Assembly: GCA_021783725.1 (NCBI GenBank)
Contig: JAJXTN010000004.1
Coordinates: forward strand, 12,178-76,177
Direction of reading: 5' to 3'
DNA from: a bacterium
GTDB taxonomy: Bacteria; Patescibacteriota; Saccharimonadia; Saccharimonadales; UBA4665
DNA: 64,000 bases
A program made the position numbers and the translations under genes. The notes under the pieces were generated by a model that saw only the letters and a list, made by a program, of their open reading frames with translations, made no database searches and was not told the DNA's origin. This document shows, one piece after another, positions 55,406 through 63,841 of this stretch (within the stretch, counting starts at the first letter, position 1; the number at the start of each line of letters is the position of its first letter).

Positions 55406-56071
55406 TTAGGGTTGGGCGAAGACCAAGGCTTCGACTCTTCTAGCACCGCTTCTACGTAATAATGTTGCCGCTGACTCAAGAGTCGAGCCAGTAGTCACAA
55501 CATCGTCGATCAACAAAATATTCGCATTATGGATACTGCCGACCCGGACAACTCTAAACGCCCCTTTCAGTTGAGCCAACCTTTGACTGCGTCGGGCACC
55601 GACTTGATGAGACTGATTGGTCCGCTTCAAACAGTTCACTAGCGGTTGACCTGATAACTTAGCTAACTCTCTGGCTAGCAAAACGGCTTGATCATAACCG
55701 CGACGGCGAATTCGACTGCTAGCGGTCGGCACCGGCACAATCACATAACTAACATCTGGGTCGATATTGCGAAACATACGCTTGGCCATTTGCTTAGTTA
55801 CTGCCTGGGCGCCATGAAACTTTAGATTCCAGACTACGTCTTTAGCCAAACCGGTATATATGGTAGCAACCCGGACACTGTACAGTCGACTGCTACTACG
55901 ACAAGGTCGGCAGGTGAGGGCTTGTGGTGACACTTTACGACAGCGATAACACCTTGGCGGAATGACTGGTAATTGATGATTACAGCTATCACAAAGCAAG
56001 CTACCTTCAGTCCGACAACCCAGACATTCATAAGGCGCTATTACAGACAGCAGTCGATCAAATATACTCAT
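55406..56071 (-). CDS. comFC: ComF-family protein (phosphoribosyltransferase domain)
   Basis: An N-terminal Cys-rich zinc ribbon (CLGC...CDSC...CYRC) and the PRT motif LLIDDVVTTGSTL. Confidence 0.8.
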   Translation of the reverse strand: MSIFDRLLSVIAPYECLGCRTEGSLLCDSCNHQLPVIPPRCYRCRKVSPQALTCRPCRSSSRLYSVRVATIYTGLAKDVVWNLKFHGAQAVTKQMAKRMFRNIDPDVSYVIVPVPTASSRIRRRGYDQAVLLARELAKLSGQPLVNCLKRTNQSHQVGARRSQRLAQLKGAFRVVRVGSIHNANILLIDDVVTTGSTLESAATLLRRSGARRVEALVFAQP

Positions 56072-56226
56072 GTTGTGATTAATGTGTTGTAAATAAGTGA
56101 GGGCAAGTTGCACTCTCTTAACGACCTAAGCTATACTGTTGATAACACAAAAATGCAAGACTCTTATCACTGATTCCTTAACTATTTAAGGATGACGTTG
56201 CATTAATCAATTGGAGGGTAACAACT

Positions 56227-56706
56227 ATGGCGCGACGTAATCGCGATGACGATTTATTACTCGAAGAAGACGAACTAACTGCGGCTTTTTTGGGTGATGA
56301 TGATCTGAGTATGGCTACACAGGCCGGTGAGCCAACAGCTACACCAGCCGTTGAAGATGAGTGGGACGAGGACGAAAGCGTACCTGGACAGCTCGCTGTT
56401 GATGTATTCGAGACTCGTGAAAAACTAGTCGTTAAGGCCCGCACCGCTGGTGTCAACAAGAGTGATTTGGATGTCAGTATTTCTGATAACCAATTAACGA
56501 TTCGCGGCACTTTGAGTAGTGGCACCGAAGACGGTGTCGAGAACTACTTCCTGCAAGAATGTTACTGGGGTGAATTCTCACGAACTATCGCTTTGCCAGT
56601 ACCAGTCAAGGAAGAAGAGATTGAGGCCGTCCTTAAAGATGGTGTGTTAACCATAAGCTTTGGTAAGCTCCAACAAGATACCATCAAGAAGATTCAAGTC
56701 TTGTAG
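56227..56706 (+). CDS. Hsp20/alpha-crystallin small heat-shock protein
   Basis: LAVDVFETREKLVVKARTAGV... FSRTIALPVPV...AVLKDGVLTISF. GGAGGG lies 8 nt upstream of the ATG. Confidence 0.9.
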   Translation: MARRNRDDDLLLEEDELTAAFLGDDDLSMATQAGEPTATPAVEDEWDEDESVPGQLAVDVFETREKLVVKARTAGVNKSDLDVSISDNQLTIRGTLSSGTEDGVENYFLQECYWGEFSRTIALPVPVKEEEIEAVLKDGVLTISFGKLQQDTIKKIQVL

Positions 56707-56727
56707 ACGACAAATCTAACCAAATAA

Positions 56728-56755
56728 AATACCCCCTCGATTTTGAGGGGGTATT
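56728..56755. terminator. bidirectional rho-independent terminator (hsp20 and the pilin operon)
   Basis: AATACCCCCTC-gatttt-GAGGGGGTATT, flanked by an A-run and a T-run. Confidence 0.75.
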
Positions 56756-56774
56756 TTATTGGCGAAGAATATAT

Positions 56775-57203
56775 CTAAGCCGTTAAGCCAGTGTTGCTAG
56801 CTGTAGTCAACACGAAGTGAACGATGAATTGAGCTAGAGCGACAATCAATAGTCCAATGATCGCGTAGATCAAAGTATTCTTGGCGCCAGACACGTGTCC
56901 GCTGTCACCACCGGAAGTAATATATTTGAATCCGCCCCAGATAACCATAATAACGGCCACGATACCGACAATGATTGAGAACACATTAACGATCTGTGAT
57001 GCAATGTGCGCAAATGAACCATTAGCTGTTGTGGTCGTACAGCCTGAAGAACTACCCCCCGTAGCCGTATTTGTGCCTGTACATAGACTAGTGTTGATAT
57101 TGTCCGCAACTGCTACACCAGCTAGGCCAGGCACCAAGCCCGGAGCCAAGAGGGATACGCTAGCGATGAGTACGAAAATTGATTTTTTAATTTTGCCGAT
57201 CAT
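56775..57203 (-). CDS. VirB2/TrbC-type T4SS pilin-like protein, paralog 6 of 6 in transcription order
   Basis: Leader, 2 Cys, TM1, YITSGGDSGHVSGAKNTLIYAIIGLLIVALAQFIVHFVL. Confidence 0.7.
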   Translation of the reverse strand: MIGKIKKSIFVLIASVSLLAPGLVPGLAGVAVADNINTSLCTGTNTATGGSSSGCTTTTANGSFAHIASQIVNVFSIIVGIVAVIMVIWGGFKYITSGGDSGHVSGAKNTLIYAIIGLLIVALAQFIVHFVLTTASNTGLTA

Positions 57204-57264
57204 TTTTACCTTTCTTTAGTATGTTTAACTTATATCATAGCACCCCGTTACAGGGCAAGTACAC

Positions 57265-57687
57265 TTAAACACCTTGGGCCGTAGTCAGAACAAAGTGGAC
57301 AATGAACTGAGCTAGGGAAGCAATGAACAAACCAATAATCGCATAGATTAAGGCATTTTTAGCTTTAGTGATTTTGCCACTGTCACCACCGGAAGTGATA
57401 TACAAGAAACCAGCATAAACTATCATGATGACCGCTACTACACCGACAGCGTAACTAATAATCTTGACTATCGATACGATTAAACTGTCGACACCAGAAG
57501 TGCTACAGCTAGCGCCAGTCTGATTAATGCCTCCTAACACCTGGCCTTGGGCGGTTGTATTCTGAATACAAGCAGGCCCTGGCGCTGGGGTTGTTGATGG
57601 TGCGGCATAGGCCGAGCCAGCCCCGATTATAAACGGCACGAAAATCATGGCTAGTGTCACGAACATTTTGGAAAATATTTTATTCAA
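57265..57687 (-). CDS. VirB2/TrbC-type T4SS pilin-like protein, paralog 5
   Basis: Signal peptide ...GSAYAAP, 2 Cys, TM1, YITSGGDSGKITKAKNALIYAIIGLFIASLAQFIVHFVL. The track start is TTG, so the true start is uncertain. Confidence 0.7.
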   Translation of the reverse strand: MNKIFSKMFVTLAMIFVPFIIGAGSAYAAPSTTPAPGPACIQNTTAQGQVLGGINQTGASCSTSGVDSLIVSIVKIISYAVGVVAVIMIVYAGFLYITSGGDSGKITKAKNALIYAIIGLFIASLAQFIVHFVLTTAQGV

Positions 57688-57701
57688 GTCTTTTACGTCT
57701 C

Positions 57702-58076
57702 CTATAATTTACTTACTACAAAATCGATAATAAAAGTACCGGCGATGATGATGACCAGCCCAATGGCGGCGTTAAAGATGGTATTCCGAGCTTTGGCTAC
57801 GCCAGCGCTATCGCCCCCCGAAGCCACCATTTTGAAACTGCCAATCAGTATAAAGATAACAGCCGCCGCGCCAGCCACGAAAGCCAACAGATTAGTAATC
57901 TTGGCAATAATGCCGTTACTGCCCAATATTGCCGTGTCGCCCTGTTGACTACAGACCGCCGAGCTGGCAGTAGTCGTGTCGCAGACAGGTGCAAAAGGGC
58001 TCCAGGCGAATACCGGTTGGGCTTGTCCAACTATAACGACCAAGAATGCGGCTAGAAGTATAAGTTTTTTCATCAT
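57702..58076 (-). CDS. VirB2/TrbC-type T4SS pilin-like protein, paralog 4
   Basis: Signal peptide ...AQPVFAW, 2 Cys, TM1, MVASGGDSAGVAKARNTIFNAAIGLVIII. The start overlaps the stop of the upstream gene by 1 nt. Confidence 0.7.
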   Translation of the reverse strand: MMKKLILLAAFLVVIVGQAQPVFAWSPFAPVCDTTTASSAVCSQQGDTAILGSNGIIAKITNLLAFVAGAAAVIFILIGSFKMVASGGDSAGVAKARNTIFNAAIGLVIIIAGTFIIDFVVSKL

Positions 58077-58354
58077 TACAGTTTCCCCGCTACGAAAGCG
58101 ACTATGGCTTCAGCGAAGATCGCTACCGCCACTCCTACCAAAGCATAAAGTATACCCTCGCGAGCCTGGGCGGCTCTCTGAGGATCGCCATTAGAGGTTA
58201 TATATCTTAATCCGGAAAGAGTAATCATTAGTAAAGCAATCGCTCCCACCAAGCCAAAAACTACGGCTAAAACATTGGCAATAACCGAAGTTGAAGCACT
58301 AGCTTGAGGTAGGCAAGATAGATTGGCACAGCTGGCGGCAAATATTGTAATCAT
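58076..58354 (-). CDS. VirB2/TrbC-type T4SS pilin-like protein, paralog 3 (short N-terminus)
   Basis: 2 Cys, TM1, YITSNGDPQRAAQAREGILYALVGVAVAIF. Confidence 0.65.
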   Translation of the reverse strand: MITIFAASCANLSCLPQASASTSVIANVLAVVFGLVGAIALLMITLSGLRYITSNGDPQRAAQAREGILYALVGVAVAIFAEAIVAFVAGKL

Positions 58355-58355
58355 T

Positions 58356-58730
58356 TTAAGCTCCTAAAGTTGTTCCTAAGAATGTGACGACACCGATAGC
58401 TACTATAGCAATCGCCATGCCAATCAGGGCGTTAATCAATGTTTTTAGGGCTTTGGATGTCTGCTCCGGATTGCCCTGACTCGTCAAGTAGATGAAGCTA
58501 GCGTAAATAACATAAGCCACAGCCGCCATACCGGCAATTCTCAATAAATCGTCAATTAACGCCAGCAGTACCAAAGGTATATCACTACCCGAAGCGGCCG
58601 TCGGCATGATCTGAAAAGTATCCACATTACAAGTAGTTGGATTTAATTTTAGATATTGATACCACGGTATTAAACCAAAAAATGTTGGTTTACAGTTGGT
58701 GGCGGCAATAAGAGTGATGATATTAAACAT
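58356..58730 (-). CDS. VirB2/TrbC-type T4SS pilin-like protein, paralog 2
   Basis: 2 Cys, TM1, YLTSQGNPEQTSKALKTLINALIGMAIAIV. Confidence 0.65.
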   Translation of the reverse strand: MFNIITLIAATNCKPTFFGLIPWYQYLKLNPTTCNVDTFQIMPTAASGSDIPLVLLALIDDLLRIAGMAAVAYVIYASFIYLTSQGNPEQTSKALKTLINALIGMAIAIVAIGVVTFLGTTLGA

Positions 58731-59222
58731 TTAGCCTCCAGAGTTTAAAAAGCCGCCAGGGATAATGAATTGGATGAAGGCGTACAAGAAAATATATGCC
58801 ACAATCGCGATGATAGTATTACGAATCCGAGCTTTGGCGGCCGACACTTTCTGTGGATCGCCAGCCGAAGCGGTATATTGGATACCAGCCATAATTAAGG
58901 AGATGACCGCTATCAAGGCTAGCAACACCGACAATAGATTAATCGCGGGTGTTAGATATGCCTTGACCAAGTTACAGCTGTTTTGCGTACAACCAGTAGA
59001 TGCCGGGTCAGCGACCGATTTACATAAATCACTGCCAGTACAGCTAGGGCAGGTACCCGAAGTCTGGGGGTCGCAGGCTGTAGTTTTGGAAGTTGCAGTC
59101 GTGGTTGTACTGCTGGTTGTGTTTGGTGATGTGGCTGCATAGATCAAACCAGTCGATGAAGACAACGCCAGTATCACCATAATCATGCTGTTGCTGATAA
59201 ATCTTCGTATAGTTTTCATCAT
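58731..59222 (-). CDS. VirB2/TrbC-type T4SS pilin-like protein, paralog 1 (first gene of the operon)
   Basis: Signal peptide, a Thr-rich segment with 6 Cys, TM1, YTASAGDPQKVSAAKARIRNTIIAIVAYIF. Confidence 0.65.
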   Translation of the reverse strand: MMKTIRRFISNSMIMVILALSSSTGLIYAATSPNTTSSTTTTATSKTTACDPQTSGTCPSCTGSDLCKSVADPASTGCTQNSCNLVKAYLTPAINLLSVLLALIAVISLIMAGIQYTASAGDPQKVSAAKARIRNTIIAIVAYIFLYAFIQFIIPGGFLNSGG

Positions 59223-59423
59223 ATTAGACAGACCTAGTAACTTTAGTTATTAGAATTAACATAATTATAGCCGCCCAACGCCAACGATTTTCGTCCGGCC
59301 AATTTTAAACGATTTTTGTTATTTGTAATCTGTAACATTTGATTTGATTATACCCCTATAACATATTTGAGCAAATTTAATTTCTTTACGGTTTTGCTTT
59401 TAGAGATTACCATATATAGAATT

Positions 59424-62400
59424 ATGGTTGTGGGTAATAAGATAAAAATCCAACGCTACATAATTATTGCGTGCTTGCTAGTCTTTGGACTCGGCATTTT
59501 CGTGGCGTCCGTCCCACTGCCCGCCACTGCGGCCACAAACTTCAACTTCGTTGATTCTAATTTTAATCAAAGCACAATTATACCCGGCAACACTACTAGA
59601 TTTAAGTTCATTAATCCGTTCACGATTGTCGACATGGGCACACCAATCAACTGTCAAGCTAGTAACACCCCGACCAATGGCGCTAGCACTTGTGCTATTT
59701 ATTCCACTTCGGCCTCAAACTACATCGCTGACGACAAGAATGGAAGCGGTTTTTATTGGTATTGGCCGGGGGCTAACGGCGGCAGTGTTTTGGCTAGCCC
59801 TACCCATGGAGTATGTCAAGGCGCTTTAGTATTAGGTTTTAACGGCAGTACTGCCGCCACCCTTTATGCAGTACAGCCAACAACAGGTAATGGTGATACT
59901 AGTTGCATAGTTACCAATGGTAAAACCAGTCTCGATCCGACAAAAGTGACTGGACGCCAGCCATTTATAATCTCTGGTGCGGTTAGCGCTGGCAGGAACA
60001 CTTCTGGAACGAGCACAATCAACCCAGACACCATGGGAGCAATCAACAACGAAGGCGTGACCATTGGTAGCGATTGGGGTGTATTAAGGGCTATGGCGAC
60101 TTTCTTGAGCTGGAAAAGCCCTGACGAGCTTGATAGCATGTTTGGCCAAACACTAAGTCGTCTAGCGCCGTCAAAAGCTTATGACTATTTCGTCCAGCAC
60201 GCGCCAAGTCAATACACAGCCGGTTATAACCTATACACCAATACTGCCAATTTACCGGCCGGTTGTACTAAAACCGATGGTCAGACGGTTGCCGCTGTAG
60301 TGGCCGTATCTCCAAGCAATGTCACTCAAGGCACAATACTGCACTGGGATTCTGTCAAGAAAAAATACGATACTACATGGGATGGTAGCAAACAGACTTG
60401 TATCGCCGGGACCGATGGATCTAATGATATTGGCAGTAGCCCTAATATCGCCCTACCCGGTGGCAATAGTTCTGACTCTACTATCGGTTTAGCTGATGTC
60501 GCCAACTATACTGGCGCAGGCAACAGCCCAAACGCTACTGGCACTACTAGTGGTACTGCTGCCGGCTCGGGTACTGGCGCTCCCAGCCTGACTTGTAGTC
60601 CTGGAGCCAATCCGCTTGACTGGTTACTGTGTGCCGCCGTCCAAGGCATGGTCAACATCATCAACCCTTTAGCCAACCTGATATATAGCCAATTATCAGT
60701 CGGCACCTCTGGCAATACCGGCGCACCTGATCAGATATTTGGTAATGGCGCGTCGGCTAAAGATTATAAAAGTGCCTGGGATTCTTTTCGCAACATATCT
60801 CTAGCCTTAATGGTGATTGCCGCTTTGGTAGTGATCATCTCTCAAGCCGCCGGTTTTGAGATACTCGATGCTTACACTATCAGAAAAGTTTTGCCGAGAT
60901 TCCTGATCGTCGCCATATTGATCAATTTGTCTTGGCCACTAATGCAATTCTTCGTACAGCTAACTAATGATTTAGGCTACGGTATCCGCTGGTTGATTTA
61001 TAGTCCGTTCAGCGATCTAAAAGCCAGTTCGCTATCAGGTGGCGGCGACTTCGCGATAACTGTTGTAGCAGGTGGCGCCATCGTCGCGCTAGGAACTTTT
61101 GGTCTACTGAGCTTTGCAGTCACTGGCGCTCTATCCTTATTTGTGGCGTACATTACTCTAGTCTTACGACAAATACTTATCATCTTTTTGATTATTATCG
61201 CGCCGGTCGCCATCGTCGCCTACATTCTGCCCAACACCCAGAAATATTACAAAACTTGGTGGGAATCATTCAGTAAGGCCCTGCTGATGTTCCCGATCAT
61301 CGCCGGCATCATTGCCGCTGGTCATGCTTTTGCGGCAGTCGCCCTAAGCGGGCCCAACGGTGGTAGTGCCATCAATCAATTCATCGCTTTCGCCGCCTAC
61401 TTTGGACCGTACTTCATGATTCCGGCCACTTTCCGTTTCGCCGGTGCCGCTCTAGGCGCCGCCAGTGGCATGATCAACAAACAAGCTCAAGGTGGCTTCA
61501 AAGGCCTCCAAGGCTATCGCAAAAGTCGAGCCAAAGGCAACTGGGAGAAAACTCAATCTGGCAAACGCTTCAAGGGAGGCAATGACGAGAACTTCCGTGG
61601 TCGCATAAACAAAGGCCTGCAAGTTGGTTCGACGATCAATAATGCTGGGGTCGATCCTCGTCGATGGCGGTCTAGAATGCGTGAATCTATCGAACGAGAT
61701 TCTGAGCAACAACGCGACCACATGATGGAAGACAAGGATTACACTTGGAAGGGCGACGACGGACTCAACAAGGCCGCTTCGGCTTCAACCGACAGAAATG
61801 ATCTCAGGCGCCGACTTATGGCCATACCTGACCGATATACTGGTGCTAATGATCCAAACATTGACCGTGATGTTGAAAGAGTCGAGAAACTACGTGAACG
61901 ATATGACCCAGCGGCTTTCAAGCAAGCTACTTTCTTGAGTGCAGTAGCTGGTGGTACAGCCTATACCAAATCAGAAATATGGAAAGCCGCCGCTGATGTT
62001 GCCGGCGACGACAATGGTCTAATGGCAACTCTTGTGGCTAAAGGTCGTAGCGCGGCCATGAGTGCTGGTAGGGCTGACCAAGGCGGTGCCAGCTTTGGTG
62101 AAACATACGCAATTGCCGACAACTATCGAAGAGGTGCTTACGCCGACGTCGACGCCGAAGGCAGGAGCGCAACCGCCGATCTTGAGCTGGCTGGAAAAGC
62201 CCTCGATTCTCAAGGCGCTGGAGTCTTGGCCCACGCCAGCATGAAAACCAGTTCGGTTGAAAGTCTGGTGCCCGTCCTTCAACAAAGAGTTAGGGATGCG
62301 GTAGCGAGTGGTGATCAGGATGAAATTGATAGACAGCTGGCTACTGTCGCTAACCTATACGACACTATGTCAGCTTCGTCTCCCAAGAATGCCAAAGTAT

Positions 62401-62624
62401 TGGCTGATCAAGTATTGCTCTACTCAGTACCGGGTGCTCCGGGTGCAAACGGGGCGGTAACTGTCCAACAACGTGTAGAAGCAAGCAGAATCAACCCTAT
62501 GTTCCAAACTACGAGAAGAGAACTAGGGTTAGGACAATTACCGCCGGGACAAACAGGTCCTGCTGTGCCCGGAGGCCCCGGTCCTATACCAGGAGCGCCG
62601 ACTCAACCCGGTATACGTCCTTAA
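59424..62624 (+). CDS. giant polytopic membrane protein with a VirB6/TrbL-like core
   Basis: Signal/anchor, a ~430-aa ectodomain with 8 Cys, 6-7 TM segments including LVLRQILIIFLIIIAPVAIVAYILPNTQKYYKTWWESF, a ~400-aa charged C-terminal domain and a Pro/Gly tail. I prefer the ATG at 59424 to the TTG at 59367. Confidence 0.6.
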   Translation: MVVGNKIKIQRYIIIACLLVFGLGIFVASVPLPATAATNFNFVDSNFNQSTIIPGNTTRFKFINPFTIVDMGTPINCQASNTPTNGASTCAIYSTSASNYIADDKNGSGFYWYWPGANGGSVLASPTHGVCQGALVLGFNGSTAATLYAVQPTTGNGDTSCIVTNGKTSLDPTKVTGRQPFIISGAVSAGRNTSGTSTINPDTMGAINNEGVTIGSDWGVLRAMATFLSWKSPDELDSMFGQTLSRLAPSKAYDYFVQHAPSQYTAGYNLYTNTANLPAGCTKTDGQTVAAVVAVSPSNVTQGTILHWDSVKKKYDTTWDGSKQTCIAGTDGSNDIGSSPNIALPGGNSSDSTIGLADVANYTGAGNSPNATGTTSGTAAGSGTGAPSLTCSPGANPLDWLLCAAVQGMVNIINPLANLIYSQLSVGTSGNTGAPDQIFGNGASAKDYKSAWDSFRNISLALMVIAALVVIISQAAGFEILDAYTIRKVLPRFLIVAILINLSWPLMQFFVQLTNDLGYGIRWLIYSPFSDLKASSLSGGGDFAITVVAGGAIVALGTFGLLSFAVTGALSLFVAYITLVLRQILIIFLIIIAPVAIVAYILPNTQKYYKTWWESFSKALLMFPIIAGIIAAGHAFAAVALSGPNGGSAINQFIAFAAYFGPYFMIPATFRFAGAALGAASGMINKQAQGGFKGLQGYRKSRAKGNWEKTQSGKRFKGGNDENFRGRINKGLQVGSTINNAGVDPRRWRSRMRESIERDSEQQRDHMMEDKDYTWKGDDGLNKAASASTDRNDLRRRLMAIPDRYTGANDPNIDRDVERVEKLRERYDPAAFKQATFLSAVAGGTAYTKSEIWKAAADVAGDDNGLMATLVAKGRSAAMSAGRADQGGASFGETYAIADNYRRGAYADVDAEGRSATADLELAGKALDSQGAGVLAHASMKTSSVESLVPVLQQRVRDAVASGDQDEIDRQLATVANLYDTMSASSPKNAKVLADQVLLYSVPGAPGANGAVTVQQRVEASRINPMFQTTRRELGLGQLPPGQTGPAVPGGPGPIPGAPTQPGIRP

Positions 62625-62690
62625 TGCAAAACCTGCTGAGTCCGATATGGTTCATTAGTTTAATGTGAATTTTGATATACTTAAGCGGTA

Positions 62691-63791
62691 ATGGCAACAT
62701 ACAAAGTACTGCAAGATATTGAGGCGGAAGACAAGATTCTGGGACCGCTGTCGTTAAGACAGTTCATTTTCGGTCTAATATCGGTCTTCCTGTTATATAT
62801 TAGTTTTCTACTGGTCGGCAAGGGCGTCGGCTTTTTGCTGATAATCACTTTGCCGCCAGCATTATTCACTGGTTTTTTCGCTTTTCCATTTGGCCGTGAT
62901 CAGCCGACCGAAATCTGGGCGCTAGCCAAAATCCGTTTCTATTTCAAGCCCCGCAAACGTCTGTGGGACCAGAGTGGCGTCAAGGAATTAGTGACGATTA
63001 CCGTCCCGAAGAAAATTGAACGGGTACTGACTAACGGTTTATCAGCCAACGAAGTCCAGAGTCGCTTGAGCGCTCTTGCTACCACCATCGACAGTCGTGG
63101 CTGGGCGGTCAAAAACGTTAACGTCAACCTGTATAGCCAGCCAGGCTTAATCGATAGCGTTGAGTCTGACCGACTGATTGACATTAACTCAATTCCTCAA
63201 GAAGTACCGAATTATGATGTTCAAGCTTCTGACGATATACTCGACGAAAACAATAATCCGATTGCGCAACAATTCCAGAGCATGATAAATGCTTCGACCC
63301 AAACGCACCGTCGGCAATTAGTCGACGAGCTGAATAATATTCGAGCCCAACAAGCTCCAACCACCGCGCCACCCAACGACTATTGGTTCATGAATCAACC
63401 GACTCCACCACCCAACCTGCCAGCCGATAAAGCGATGTTCGGTAGTGACCCGGTTGTTCAACCAGGTGCGCCGGTGGGTGACTCATCGGTCGCCCCAACA
63501 GCCGACGAGCAGGCTATTGTTGAACGGTCAAAAGCCCAACATGCCACTCAAAATCAGTCTTACGCCCATCTGCGAACCATTCAACCACTAGGTACGCCTG
63601 CGGTGGCTCAAACTCCAGCACCAACAGATTACGTTCCGGCGCCAACCACCATGACACCACCGCCAGACCCTGCTATACTATCCTTGGCAAACAACGACGA
63701 TTTGAATGTGGCTACTTTAGCCCGCGAAGCCTATAAAGCCAAGAATCCAGATAGGCCTCCCGAGGATGAAGTTGTTATTTCACTCCGCTAA
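62691..63791 (+). CDS. PrgI/VirB3-like membrane protein with a long Pro-rich C-terminal extension
   Basis: MATYKVLQDIEAEDKILGPLSLRQFIFGLISVFLLYISFLL plus a second TM gives the N-terminal signature and two-TM layout of the PrgI family. Confidence 0.6.
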   Translation: MATYKVLQDIEAEDKILGPLSLRQFIFGLISVFLLYISFLLVGKGVGFLLIITLPPALFTGFFAFPFGRDQPTEIWALAKIRFYFKPRKRLWDQSGVKELVTITVPKKIERVLTNGLSANEVQSRLSALATTIDSRGWAVKNVNVNLYSQPGLIDSVESDRLIDINSIPQEVPNYDVQASDDILDENNNPIAQQFQSMINASTQTHRRQLVDELNNIRAQQAPTTAPPNDYWFMNQPTPPPNLPADKAMFGSDPVVQPGAPVGDSSVAPTADEQAIVERSKAQHATQNQSYAHLRTIQPLGTPAVAQTPAPTDYVPAPTTMTPPPDPAILSLANNDDLNVATLAREAYKAKNPDRPPEDEVVISLR

Positions 63792-63841
63792 AGCTATGCG
63801 CATCAAACAAACGTTGTCAAATATAGGTGGGCTAAAAACAT

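Noticed and set aside
56178-56525. 115-aa minus-strand ORF.
   Set aside because: It is antisense to the well-supported hsp20 gene and is Ser-rich low complexity.
56870-59142. Several 60-125-aa ORFs overlapping the pilin array in other frames or on the other strand (e.g. 56881-57219, 58765-59142).
   Set aside because: Each is nested in a pilin-like ORF that shows the conserved family motif. The alternatives have no shared features.
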